A stretch of 64,000 nucleotides of DNA from Candidatus Parcubacteria bacterium (lineage in GTDB: Bacteria > Patescibacteriota > Patescibacteriia > CAIXNZ01). A program made the position numbers and the translations under genes. Every line of letters begins with the position of its first letter. Within the stretch, counting starts at the first letter, position 1. The notes under the pieces were generated by a model. It saw only the letters and a list, made by a program, of their open reading frames with translations, did not search any database and was not told the origin of the DNA. The stretch covers positions 4,126 to 68,125 of the forward strand of contig JAPLYG010000005.1 in assembly GCA_026395685.1 (NCBI GenBank), given 5' to 3'. Below are positions 48,597 through 58,220 of this stretch, in pieces.

Positions 48597-49934
48597 CTAT
48601 TCTACAAGAAATTTTCCCCAAATCATCTTCATTCCGCAGGAAAATTTTATTTCTCCGGTTTGGATCGGCGTGAATTCTATGATATTCTGCCCGACTTGCA
48701 GATTCTTTTTTATATTGTAATCCGGCATAAGGATTTGGCTATTACAGCCGGACATCTGCTTAACATCAATTATCCAGCGCACCAAAATTCCCTTTTTGAC
48801 ATTCAGCACATTAGGTTCATAACCATAATATGTAACAGCCATGCGCACTTCCTGAACTTCAGCGCTGGTATTTATATTTGTATTTTGAGTCGTTATTGCC
48901 TGTTGATTTATATTGGGCAAAGCTATATTTACACCAAAATTTGCCAAGCCGCGCACCAACATAAATATGGACAGAATAATAACTAATAATCCGGATAATT
49001 TAAGAATGTTTTTAATATGTTTTTGAGAAATAAATGATAAAAAGGCTCCAAAACCAAACATTAAAATGCTGGTGCCTAAAGCAAATAAGAATAAACTTAA
49101 CGCGCCTTTAAGAGCATTCCCCGAAGTTAAAGCGAATAATTGCATAGCTTGCAAAGGTCCGCAAGGCATAAATCCATTTAGCAAGCCGATAATAAAGGGA
49201 GCAAATTTCTTATTTTTTTGGGAAAATATATATTTGGCAATAAACTGCGGAGTTTGAATTTTTAATTTTTCTAATATTGACCACCTGGTAACCAAAGATA
49301 ATCCCAGAAAAAACATCATAATTGCGGCAACTATAGTTACCAGACCGTTAAAAGTCGGATTAATGCCAAAAAAGGAACCAAACCCGCCCAATATAGCGCC
49401 GATGATTGTATATGAGATAATACGGCCGATATTATATTGCCAATGAGGCCAAAGTGACTTTTTTTTATCGTCCAGACACAGAGTGGAATAAGTAACCACA
49501 ATACTGCCGCACATGCCAATGCAGTGAAAACCGGCTAATAAACCGATGAGTAAGATCAAGCCGTAGCCTACTTCAAATCCCCCGGTCAGCTTGCTTAAAA
49601 TTTCAAAACCGCCTAAATATTGAATCAGAAAATAACCGGCTAAAATTACAATGCTAAAAACAATAACTAAAAAATATCCGGATTTGGACTCAATCTTAGT
49701 ATTTCCTGACTTTGAATCAAATAAATCACTCACACCATAGTTAAGTTTTTTTATCCTGTTATAAATTTCACTTTCAGCCACCTTTTCCGTAGCAAAATAT
49801 ACTTCAGTCGCACCAGACTGATAATCAACATTTACTTTGTTAATTCCCGGCAAATCTTTCAATTCCTCTTCAATCAATGTTTTACAGCTCTGACAATGCA
49901 TGCCTTGGATTTTAAATTGTATTTTTTTATTCAT
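48597..49934 (-). CDS. HMA + DsbD_2/TauE-like + cupredoxin membrane protein
   Basis: GMHCQSC, HCIGMCG, GFMPCGPLQ, FSCGMKM. Confidence 0.88.
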   Translation of the reverse strand: MNKKIQFKIQGMHCQSCKTLIEEELKDLPGINKVNVDYQSGATEVYFATEKVAESEIYNRIKKLNYGVSDLFDSKSGNTKIESKSGYFLVIVFSIVILAGYFLIQYLGGFEILSKLTGGFEVGYGLILLIGLLAGFHCIGMCGSIVVTYSTLCLDDKKKSLWPHWQYNIGRIISYTIIGAILGGFGSFFGINPTFNGLVTIVAAIMMFFLGLSLVTRWSILEKLKIQTPQFIAKYIFSQKNKKFAPFIIGLLNGFMPCGPLQAMQLFALTSGNALKGALSLFLFALGTSILMFGFGAFLSFISQKHIKNILKLSGLLVIILSIFMLVRGLANFGVNIALPNINQQAITTQNTNINTSAEVQEVRMAVTYYGYEPNVLNVKKGILVRWIIDVKQMSGCNSQILMPDYNIKKNLQVGQNIIEFTPIQTGEIKFSCGMKMIWGKFLVE

Positions 49935-49957
49935 AGAAGTTGTTATAAGTGATCCAA

Positions 49958-50230
49958 TTACCGGTTTAAAAGCTTAGTAACATTAAGTATCTCATCAATC
50001 ATTGCCTGTTTCTTTTTTTCATTTTTGGAAGCCATGGCATTCTTAAAGCAAGAATTTAAATGTCCCTGCATTAATTTCTGGTGGGCTGATTTCAAAAGCC
50101 CGATTACCGCCAGATTCTGCTGCATTATATCAATACAATACTTATCATCTTCTATCATAGTTATAATTCTGCCCAAATGACTCTGCGCCTTTTTAAAGCT
50201 GATAAGAGTTTCTTTTTTTAAGTCTGTCAT
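49958..50230 (-). CDS. csoR: CsoR family copper-sensing repressor
   Basis: MIEDDKYCIDIMQQ..AV, HLNSC; first gene of the copper operon. Confidence 0.9.
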   Translation of the reverse strand: MTDLKKETLISFKKAQSHLGRIITMIEDDKYCIDIMQQNLAVIGLLKSAHQKLMQGHLNSCFKNAMASKNEKKKQAMIDEILNVTKLLNR

Positions 50231-50335
50231 AAACGTTGGATTTAAAAAATATGATTTAAAATTTATTAATTTCCAAAACTTTTAATTATTAACTGCAACT
50301 TTGCACTTTAAATTTTGAATTTTAAACTTAACCCC

Positions 50336-50386
50336 ATACCTCCACCCCAGGTATAGGTATTATAGCACATACTAATTCCCTGTCAA
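50336..50386 (-). promoter_or_regulatory. csoR promoter (TTGACA-16-TATAAT) and G/C-tract operator ATACC-N9-GGTAT
   Basis: Operator at 50336-50354 overlaps the predicted start site and resembles CsoR operators. Confidence 0.75.
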
Positions 50387-50478
50387 ATAATCTCATTATC
50401 CCATTATCTGCAGCTACTTTAGATTAATACAAAAAGAATCCCCAGCAAGGGATCCCCTTTTAAACTATATTTAAGATT

Positions 50479-51747
50479 CTATCCTTGTTCTCTTTTCCTG
50501 CGACTTAAAAATATAATGATAAAGATTATAAATGCCAGAATTAAGCCGATTAATATAAGGATCAAGGAAAAATTTCCCAAATTAAAAAAGGAAATATGGA
50601 TATTGTCACTGGCTTCTGCCACGACACGATCATTGGAAGAAACCATCAATTTAACTTCATAATTACCAGGCTGAGCAAAAATATGCTCAACTATTTTTTG
50701 TTCGCTGTTTCCACCATCCCCAAAATTCCAATTGTATGTTAAATTATCAGGCATAATGTTCCGGAGGTCAGGGGAAAAATTATAGGTCTGCCAGTCTTTA
50801 GCAGTAAAATTTATGCCCGCAAAAGGCTCCTGGGAACTTAATTGAATTTCATCCAAATCAATGGTTTCATCTATTGCTGCTGCCGTATTCTCAAGTTGGT
50901 TAAGATTTGTATTTATAGCGGAGTTAACATTGCTATTTTGGTTGCTTTCCGGATCAGAGTTAATATTCGTATTGGTAGTTACCTTAGCAACTGTCTTATC
51001 CGGAGCCACCGTACAGGTGGCATACATCGGGCAATAATCTTTGCTGTCAATTACGCCGTCGCCGTCGCTGTCAGGATTTTTCGGATCAGTACCCATTTTC
51101 TTTTCTTTTTCATCTGACCAGCCGTCATTATCATCATCAGGATCATTTTTATCATCAATTCCGTCATTGTCAGTATCAACGCAAATAGCAGGGTCGAGCG
51201 GAAATTTATCAACATTATCAAGACAGCCGTCATTGTCACTGTCATTATCCAAAGGATTGGTGCCATTATCAATTTCGTCAGAATCAGGGACAGTATCATT
51301 GTCATCATCAGGATCAGTGATATCCGGAATAGCATCGCCGTCAGTATCAGCCAAAGGGACAAATAAAGTGGTAACAATTTGATCATTCCCGGCATTTTCA
51401 TCTTTGGGAAGCTGACCATTTATATCAGCTTTGATATTGAAACTTCCTGAGGGCACAGTCCAGTCAACATATACTTCATCAGCCAAACCGCCGGCCCTGA
51501 CTGAAATCGGCTGGGAATTGCCGATCAAAACATTGCCCTGATAAAAGGTTACATAGCCGGAAACATCTTCAGTCCCGACATTATGAATGGTTGCATAAAT
51601 TCTGTTGGGCTGGCCGGCTATTAATTCTTTGGAAAAGCTGATATCCCCGGGATTGATGGCCAAATCATGAGTCAAAGCGCTGGCGCAAGAAACCCCGGCC
51701 AGAAAAAAGAAACAAAATGTAAAAATGATTATAAGTTTAATTTTCAT
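50479..51747 (-). CDS. Surface protein with CARDB-like domain, TSP3-like Ca-binding repeats, PKD domain and C-terminal TM anchor
   Basis: DTDGD/DDDND repeats, WNFGDG, C-terminal hydrophobic helix followed by RRKR. Confidence 0.85.
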   Translation of the reverse strand: MKIKLIIIFTFCFFFLAGVSCASALTHDLAINPGDISFSKELIAGQPNRIYATIHNVGTEDVSGYVTFYQGNVLIGNSQPISVRAGGLADEVYVDWTVPSGSFNIKADINGQLPKDENAGNDQIVTTLFVPLADTDGDAIPDITDPDDDNDTVPDSDEIDNGTNPLDNDSDNDGCLDNVDKFPLDPAICVDTDNDGIDDKNDPDDDNDGWSDEKEKKMGTDPKNPDSDGDGVIDSKDYCPMYATCTVAPDKTVAKVTTNTNINSDPESNQNSNVNSAINTNLNQLENTAAAIDETIDLDEIQLSSQEPFAGINFTAKDWQTYNFSPDLRNIMPDNLTYNWNFGDGGNSEQKIVEHIFAQPGNYEVKLMVSSNDRVVAEASDNIHISFFNLGNFSLILILIGLILAFIIFIIIFLSRRKREQG

Positions 51748-51836
51748 ATATTTGGATATTTACATTATAGCAAATTTTACAAAAACTAAAAAGAACGGAT
51801 TTCCACCGTTCTCTTTAGTATAGAATAATCAATAAT

Positions 51837-54407
51837 TTATTGATATCGCCATTTCCAGGCCGGAATAGTCGGATGCACTTTGCCCGGGCCATAAACAATA
51901 TCATGTTGAATCTCGCTGACAGAATATCCGCCGTAAACAAAGGCTTTAATCAAAGTATTCCAATTGCTCTCACTGAGCGATAATTTGCCGATGCGTTTTG
52001 TTAATTGAGCCTTTAAATATGCAGCTTCCTGCTGTTCAATTTGCAGGTCGTAAACGCGGGGTTTTTCATATGCCCAGTTAACATAATATTTATGTCCTGT
52101 GCCATTGGGATTATAGCCGCTTCTTATTTCCAAGCCATCTTTATAACCATCGCCATCTGTATCGCCTTTTTTGGGGTCTGTACGCCAAATATATGTTTCC
52201 TCAAAGTCGCTCAAGGTATCGCCGTCAGTATCTTTATTGTATAAATTATCTGCGGTATAAACAGCCATATAAACTGTATTTGTTTTGGGAGTAGTAATAA
52301 TTTTTGTAGTATTACCTGTTGTAGTCGGAGCTTTTTTTACCAAGGCCGTATCAGTTTTGACTGTAAGATAATAAGTGTTAAATTTTTCCGCCTCAACAGC
52401 AAGGGCAAAAATCTTATTGCCATCAATTGATTTGACAATATAACGTCCGTTAATCAAGTTCACATCAGCATAACCTGAACTATTAGTTGTATAAGTACCG
52501 ATTTCCTTGCCAGTAAGCAAATTGCCGTCGGGGTCTGTTCCGTAATTATACAGATAAAACTTTTGGTTGGGCAGATTATTCTGCAGATTATCCTGAAAAT
52601 ATATTCTAGCCAAGCTGATTACATACTGATAAGTTGAATCATAGCTTTCCTGAACATAAAAAACCTTGCTTTGGTATTTTTGCCCGTTGATGGCAGTATC
52701 AATCTTGGCAACATAATTGCCGATTTGCAAAGGCGCGATAACCTCGCCATTGGCATTGGTTGTACCGCTATAGACTTTGCTTTTTATCTGATTAGTCTGA
52801 TATTTATAAATGGATACTTTCAAGCCTGGCTGGACATTATTTAAAGCATCAATAACTTTAAAATGAAATGTTCCCTGACTGAAACTTAAGGACTTTTCAC
52901 TGCCGCTAGCCACGATAAATTCAAAATTTTCAGCATACTTTGTGGCGCTTAATTTATATTCTCCGGCCGGCAAAATCACACGTTTAAAACCGTCTTCATT
53001 GGTTTTGAAGCTGCCCAAGCTGACATATTCATCATTGTTTAATTTGGAAATATTCAGGGAAATACCTGCCAGGCTATCCCGTTCGCTGTCAGAAATAGTG
53101 ACTGTTACCGATCCCAATCTGTAGGTATAAGCTGTAAGACTGTTTAAATTTATGCTAAATCGTGAATTTATTGTTTCCGCGTCAGAAGGATCAACGTATT
53201 TTACAGTCACAAAATATTGACCAGGTATTAAATAATAAGTTTTATAGCCGAAATCGCCGGTACTTTGGTTGCTCAGGATTTTTTTGGAGCCGACTTCAAC
53301 ATTGCTGGAATTTTTCAATACTGCATAGACATTGAAGCTGTATTTTTTTAGTATATTTGAAGCCGGATCGGAAATTGATATTTTTACGCCGGAAAAAGGC
53401 AAGGCGATTTCCTTGGTTTCTCCGCCTGTAATTGTTTGATTATATAAATAAAATTTGCCGGCCTCATTATTCAGCTGATAATAAACAATAGCCAAAGACA
53501 AGGTTGTTCCGGCTGTATTTTTTAATTTTATTGTCTTGTAACCCAGATCACCGATTTTACCGCTGGTCAATCTTTTACCTAAAATAGGTTTGTTATTGGT
53601 ATCTAATTGCTGCTGATAAACTATATAAGAGACGCTGGGTACAATAACGCCGTTCGGATCTTTACTGACCAAGGTTAAATTCGCATAAACCGGACCGCTA
53701 TGAACATGTTCAACCGGCTGGTCAATTATTAAATTAACATCAGTCTGGGTGTCAGCAAAAATTTTAAAAGCATAATCTTTGGCATTAGTTTTGATAAAAT
53801 AATCACCCGGTATCAGATAAAGCATTTTATAACCCAAAACACTGGTTTTTTGACCGCTATAAACTTTAGCAGCAGGAACCAGATTATTGTTTGCATCTTT
53901 TACAGCTGTATAGACATCAAAGCTTTGCTCTTTCAGCAAATTATTACTTTTATCTCTGAGCACAACTTTCGCAGAGCTAAAGGTAAGATTAGAAGTTGCA
54001 GACTCATTAGAGCCATATAAACACTGATCCCAGAGAATAAAAATCTCAGCGGGATTTGAGCGTTTGTAATATTTTACAGCATATTTTTTACAGTCATTGC
54101 TATATTCCTTAAAAGGATTTCTGATTTTTATAATATCCACACCGGTCTGGTCAACATAACCGCTGCCCCATTTGACGCCTAAGGCTTGATTGGAATTGGC
54201 ATCAGTAATTTGCTCATAAACCTGAAAAGTGACCTTTTCCACCGGTTGATCATTAGGATCAAAGGTTTTCATTATCAAGTTAATGTAAACAGGCAAGCCA
54301 GACTCTTCAGCCTTAGTTGCCTGAGGTAATATTAATATACTACCAAAAATAACTAACATTGAAATTAGTAACAATTTGGCTAAAATTATAGAAAATTTAC
54401 GCATCAT
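51837..54407 (-). CDS. Large secreted protein with repeated prealbumin-like beta domains and DTDGD repeats
   Basis: Signal peptide; repeated T...G......L..G.Y motif; DTDGDTLSD..E...TDP..GDTDGDG. Confidence 0.75.
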   Translation of the reverse strand: MMRKFSIILAKLLLISMLVIFGSILILPQATKAEESGLPVYINLIMKTFDPNDQPVEKVTFQVYEQITDANSNQALGVKWGSGYVDQTGVDIIKIRNPFKEYSNDCKKYAVKYYKRSNPAEIFILWDQCLYGSNESATSNLTFSSAKVVLRDKSNNLLKEQSFDVYTAVKDANNNLVPAAKVYSGQKTSVLGYKMLYLIPGDYFIKTNAKDYAFKIFADTQTDVNLIIDQPVEHVHSGPVYANLTLVSKDPNGVIVPSVSYIVYQQQLDTNNKPILGKRLTSGKIGDLGYKTIKLKNTAGTTLSLAIVYYQLNNEAGKFYLYNQTITGGETKEIALPFSGVKISISDPASNILKKYSFNVYAVLKNSSNVEVGSKKILSNQSTGDFGYKTYYLIPGQYFVTVKYVDPSDAETINSRFSINLNSLTAYTYRLGSVTVTISDSERDSLAGISLNISKLNNDEYVSLGSFKTNEDGFKRVILPAGEYKLSATKYAENFEFIVASGSEKSLSFSQGTFHFKVIDALNNVQPGLKVSIYKYQTNQIKSKVYSGTTNANGEVIAPLQIGNYVAKIDTAINGQKYQSKVFYVQESYDSTYQYVISLARIYFQDNLQNNLPNQKFYLYNYGTDPDGNLLTGKEIGTYTTNSSGYADVNLINGRYIVKSIDGNKIFALAVEAEKFNTYYLTVKTDTALVKKAPTTTGNTTKIITTPKTNTVYMAVYTADNLYNKDTDGDTLSDFEETYIWRTDPKKGDTDGDGYKDGLEIRSGYNPNGTGHKYYVNWAYEKPRVYDLQIEQQEAAYLKAQLTKRIGKLSLSESNWNTLIKAFVYGGYSVSEIQHDIVYGPGKVHPTIPAWKWRYQ

Positions 54408-54551
54408 AGATTTGTATAATTTGATTATAGCACATGATTATATTTAATACAGTATAATATCATTTTTTGCAATATTTGTCAAGAGTTAGCGAAAATATGT
54501 AGCGGAATTAAAAAAACCCGCGCTTGAAACGCAAGTTTCTTCTTTTCTCTG

Positions 54552-54604
54552 GCTTTTACACTTTAGTGTGAAAGCATCGACTCCTGAACACTAAAGTGTT
54601 CAGG
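54552..54604. repeat. REP-like hairpin doublet (ACACTAAAGTGT)
   Basis: gcttttacactttagtgtgaaagc and cctgaacactaaagtgttcagg in opposite orientations. Confidence 0.7.
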
Positions 54605-54609
54605 CCATG

Positions 54610-56070
54610 TTATTTTAAAGACGGCTTTATCTTATTCCACCCATTTGCCTGCTCATATGCATAAGCAGCTCTAAGAATCGTTTCCTCGTCAAACTGTTTG
54701 CCGATCAACTGCATGCCAATCGGTAAATTATTTACATAACCGCAAGGCACGGAAATCGCAGGTATGCCTGCTAAATTAATAGTTACAGTATAAATATCTT
54801 CCAAATACATGGTTAAAGGATCATTGATATTCTCCCCTATTTTGAAAGACGGTCGAGGCGAAGTCGGCATTAAAAGCAAGTCAACTTTATTAAAAGCAGA
54901 GTCAAATTCCTGCTTAATCAAAGTTCTGACACGCATGGCCTTTTTATAATAAGCGTCATAATATCCGGCGCTTAATACATAAGTGCCGATCATTATTCTG
55001 CGTTTAGCTTCTGCGCCAAAACCCTTGGCTCTTGATTTGGTATAAATTTCAAATAAATCTTGAGCATCCTTATCCTGATAACCGTAACGAATGCCGTCAT
55101 AGCGCCCGAGATTAGAGCTGACTTCCGACGGCATAATAATGTAATAGCAGGCCAAACCATAAGGCAATGTTTTTAATTCAACCTCTTCAATTTTAGCGCC
55201 CTGCTTTTCCAGATCATTAATCGCCACCTGAATTAAATTTTTAACCTGCGGATCAAGCCCTTTAACAAAGGCTTGTTTAGGTACGCCAATTTTTAAACCT
55301 TTGATTCCCTGCTGTAAATTTTTTGTATAATCAGGAACCGTTTTTGGTACAGTCGTGGAATCCAATTTGTCCTGTCCGCTAATCGCATTCATGACAATGG
55401 CTGAATCTTCAACTGTTTTACAGATTGGGCCGATTTGATCCAAAGAAGAGCCCATGGCAATAGCGCCATAACGGGAAACTCGTCCGTAAGTTGGTTTTAA
55501 GCCCACTACTCCGCATAAACTTGCAGGATGGCGAATTGAACCGCCTGTATCTGTACCTAATGAGTAAATAACCTGATCAGCTGCCACACTGGCTGCGCTA
55601 CCGCCTGAAGAACCGCCCGGAACCCGTTCTAGATCCCAGGGATTATGACTTGGACCATAGTCTGAATTTTCTGTTGAAGATCCATGTCCCCAGGCATCAC
55701 AATTATGTTTACCTAATATAATCGCCCCATTTTCTTTAAGCTTTTTAATCACCGTGGCATCAAATAATGGCTTATAGTTTTGTAACATCTTTGATGAAGC
55801 TGTCGTAATGATACCTTCAGTTAAAATCATATCCTTAATACCGCAGGGAATTCCCTCCAGAGTCTTTAAGTGTTCACCCTTTTTTATTTTCTTATCAACC
55901 TCTTTGGCCTGCTTCTGCGCTTGATCAAAATTTGTATTCAAAAAAGCATGGACCTTTTTATCAGTCTTTTTAATGCGTTCAATGCAGTCTTGGACCAGAT
56001 CTAAGCTGGAAAGCTCCTTGCTGGCTAACTTCTGTTGGGCTTCTTTGATTGTTAGTTGGTTTAAATCCAT
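54610..56070 (-). CDS. gatA: Asp/Glu-tRNA amidotransferase subunit A
   Basis: GGSSGGSAA, GTDTGGSIR, RYDGIRYG, RRIMIGTYVLSAGYYDAYY. Confidence 0.97.
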   Translation of the reverse strand: MDLNQLTIKEAQQKLASKELSSLDLVQDCIERIKKTDKKVHAFLNTNFDQAQKQAKEVDKKIKKGEHLKTLEGIPCGIKDMILTEGIITTASSKMLQNYKPLFDATVIKKLKENGAIILGKHNCDAWGHGSSTENSDYGPSHNPWDLERVPGGSSGGSAASVAADQVIYSLGTDTGGSIRHPASLCGVVGLKPTYGRVSRYGAIAMGSSLDQIGPICKTVEDSAIVMNAISGQDKLDSTTVPKTVPDYTKNLQQGIKGLKIGVPKQAFVKGLDPQVKNLIQVAINDLEKQGAKIEEVELKTLPYGLACYYIIMPSEVSSNLGRYDGIRYGYQDKDAQDLFEIYTKSRAKGFGAEAKRRIMIGTYVLSAGYYDAYYKKAMRVRTLIKQEFDSAFNKVDLLLMPTSPRPSFKIGENINDPLTMYLEDIYTVTINLAGIPAISVPCGYVNNLPIGMQLIGKQFDEETILRAAYAYEQANGWNKIKPSLK

Positions 56071-56120
56071 GAGGTTTTATGAGGTTATATGATGTTTTAT
56101 GAAGTTATATTAAGTTGCTA
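56071..56120. repeat. 10-bp tandem repeat arm (five copies, gaggttatat-type)
   Basis: gaggttttat gaggttatat gatgttttat gaagttatat taagttgcta; abuts the gatA ATG. Confidence 0.85.
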
Positions 56121-56522
56121 TTTATATTTTTGAGGATGAATAACTTTCCAAGTTCCTTCTTTTTCTATTTTGAATAATGACTGGATATAATTATTTAATA
56201 AATAATGGGTTTTCTTTGCCAAGTCCATTAATTGATTGAAAGTATTTGTATCAAATAATCCGTCATCGTGACAATCTTCAATATCCCCTATTAATTCTTC
56301 CATCGAGCCATAGCTTACCTTGCATGAATTAATAAATATCCTAATTGATCCTCTCTGATAGCCTTCTTTAAAGTTTTGTTTTGCCGATCTAATTGCATCC
56401 CTCATTTGGGAAGCGCGTCTTGGTTCACTTTTAGCAAAAGGAGCAGTATGCTTATATATTAATATACGAAGCAAGCATATTTGTTTATATACAATTAAAT
56501 TTTCATAAGGAGCTTTATACAT
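56118..56522 (-). CDS. Four helix bundle protein (23S rRNA IVP/bAvd-like)
   Basis: YENLIVYK, SQMRDAIRSAKQNFKEGYQR, F...SYGSMEEL. Confidence 0.88.
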   Translation of the reverse strand: MYKAPYENLIVYKQICLLRILIYKHTAPFAKSEPRRASQMRDAIRSAKQNFKEGYQRGSIRIFINSCKVSYGSMEELIGDIEDCHDDGLFDTNTFNQLMDLAKKTHYLLNNYIQSLFKIEKEGTWKVIHPQKYK

Positions 56523-56549
56523 ATTTTTTTTATTTTTGACTATTTAAAA

Positions 56550-56598
56550 GCAACCTCATACAACCCCATACAACCTAATACAACTTAATATAACCTAT
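56550..56598. repeat. 10-bp tandem repeat arm (five copies, caacctcata-type), inverted relative to 56071-56120
   Basis: caacctcata caaccccata caacctaata caacttaata taacctat; abuts the gatC stop. Confidence 0.85.
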
Positions 56599-56883
56599 TT
56601 AGAAAACCGATTTTGTCTTAATCAAGTTATTCTCACTTTCCGCTGATTGTTTAATCAATTCCTTCTGAAAATCAAGCTGATCAACCTCATCTTTGCGATA
56701 AACATTTTCCAATCCTGTCACCTGAGCAGTCATTTCTACATTTTCCGTATCAACTTCATTTAATTTACCGACATAATCTAAAACAGCCGATATTTGATCA
56801 GCAAATTTATCTTTTTCCGCGTCAGTCAATTCCAGTCTGGAAAGCTTGGCGATTTTTTCTACTTCCTGTTTGGTTAGCTTCAT
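56599..56883 (-). CDS. gatC: Asp/Glu-tRNA amidotransferase subunit C
   Basis: EVEKIAKLSRLEL, L.EVDTENVE, NVYRKD. Confidence 0.93.
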   Translation of the reverse strand: MKLTKQEVEKIAKLSRLELTDAEKDKFADQISAVLDYVGKLNEVDTENVEMTAQVTGLENVYRKDEVDQLDFQKELIKQSAESENNLIKTKSVF

Positions 56884-56889
56884 ATGTAT

Positions 56890-56939
56890 ATTACGAAAGG
56901 TCATATTTCGTACATTTCGTATTTTTTCGTACTTTCGTA
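56890..56939. repeat. TTCGTA tandem repeat with one inverted copy, in the gatC leader
   Basis: tacgaa followed by tttcgta four times. Confidence 0.65.
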
Positions 56940-57022
56940 AGTATTAACATTATCTATATTCTACCAAATATCCTTAATGATAACAACTTTGTCGAAACAG
57001 CCATTTTGTTTTATAATATAGT

Positions 57023-57127
57023 CAACCATGGGATTGGAGCGAAATGGCTCCGGGTCTTCCCTGGCCAGGGCTGTTTGTGGTGGGGTCTTTACCTCCTCCT
57101 TCTCTCCATCACAACAGCCCGCTTTTT
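57023..57127 (+). ncRNA. Putative ~100-nt two-hairpin small RNA with an anti-SD loop
   Basis: TTGTCG-17-TATAAT (56989-57017); hairpin 1 ggagc-gaaatg-gctcc; hairpin 2 gggctgtttgtggtgg / ccatcacaacagccc with loop containing ACCTCCTCCTT; T-tract after. Confidence 0.65.
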
Positions 57128-57217
57128 AATTAATGATACAAATATTATAACAAATTATTACAAATAGGTTTTATGTCAAATTTGTTATCATTTGTATTGA
57201 TTTGTTACATTTGTAGC

Positions 57218-58183
57218 TTAAAATCCGATATATTCAATCTCCTCCATCAATTCAATGCCGTAAGTGTCGCGGACTTTCATCTTTACCAGGCTAATCAGCT
57301 GGATCACATCATTGGCGCTTGCGTCTTTGATATTAACTATAAAATTCGCGTGCTTATTGGAAATTTGTGCTCCACCGATTGTTTTGCCTTTTAAATCCAA
57401 TTGCTCAATCAGCCAGGCAGCCGGTATTTTTTCATACTCCAAATACTCCTTAGGTAAATTTGGTACCTTTTTTAGTAAATCCTGATTATGGCTACCTATC
57501 AGTACATTGGTAAAAACACTGCCGGCTGATGGGTATTCCAATGGCTGTTTTGCTTGTCGTTGAGCTAGAATTTCTTTAATTCTTGCCTGAATCTGTGCCT
57601 TATCCCCTTTTTGCAGTTGAAACTCGGCTGAAATAATTAAATCATTATTATGCTTAAAAACAGAATCGCGGTAACCAAATCCGCAATTTTTTTTGTCCAA
57701 AATAAACTGTTTAGAACCGCGCATCACTTCAACGCCTATCAAATTATCCGACATTTGTCCGCCGTATGCGCCTGCATTGCCCCGAACTGCGCCTCCGACT
57801 GTTCCCGGAATCCCTGCTGCCCATTCCAAGCCGATTAAGCCATCTTCAGCTGTTTTATTAACCAAAGTCATCAAATTAACTCCGGCATCAGCGACTACCC
57901 GATTATCCTTTTTTAAAACGATATCTTTTGCCTGATTAATTATAATCAAACCAGCAAATCCTTGATCGGATATTAAAACATTACTAGCACCACCCAAAAC
58001 ACAACCAGGGATTTTGAGTTTTTTGGCAAAAGTCATTGCCCGCACCAAATCCTCATTATCCTGAGCAATAAAAAAATACTTGGCAGGTCCGCCAATTTTG
58101 AAGGTTGTATATTTGGCTAATGACACATCTATTTGAACTGGCTTGCCGATTAGCATTTCCAATTGTTCTAATTGTTTTATCAT
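57218..58183 (-). CDS. murB: UDP-N-acetylmuramate dehydrogenase
   Basis: TTFKIGGPA, GIPGTVGGAVRGNAGAYG, YRDS, PSAGSVF, KHANF. Confidence 0.97.
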   Translation of the reverse strand: MIKQLEQLEMLIGKPVQIDVSLAKYTTFKIGGPAKYFFIAQDNEDLVRAMTFAKKLKIPGCVLGGASNVLISDQGFAGLIIINQAKDIVLKKDNRVVADAGVNLMTLVNKTAEDGLIGLEWAAGIPGTVGGAVRGNAGAYGGQMSDNLIGVEVMRGSKQFILDKKNCGFGYRDSVFKHNNDLIISAEFQLQKGDKAQIQARIKEILAQRQAKQPLEYPSAGSVFTNVLIGSHNQDLLKKVPNLPKEYLEYEKIPAAWLIEQLDLKGKTIGGAQISNKHANFIVNIKDASANDVIQLISLVKMKVRDTYGIELMEEIEYIGF

Positions 58184-58220
58184 AATGTGAAGCTACAGTT
58201 AAATTCCTCCAAACAATTAT

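Noticed and set aside
56118-56522. Avd-like gene as part of a diversity-generating retroelement
   Set aside because: No reverse transcriptase or TR/VR pair with adenine-specific mismatches was seen in the window
56071-56598. Repeat arrays as a CRISPR locus
   Set aside because: Repeats are 10 bp, contiguous and lack spacers; no cas genes are present
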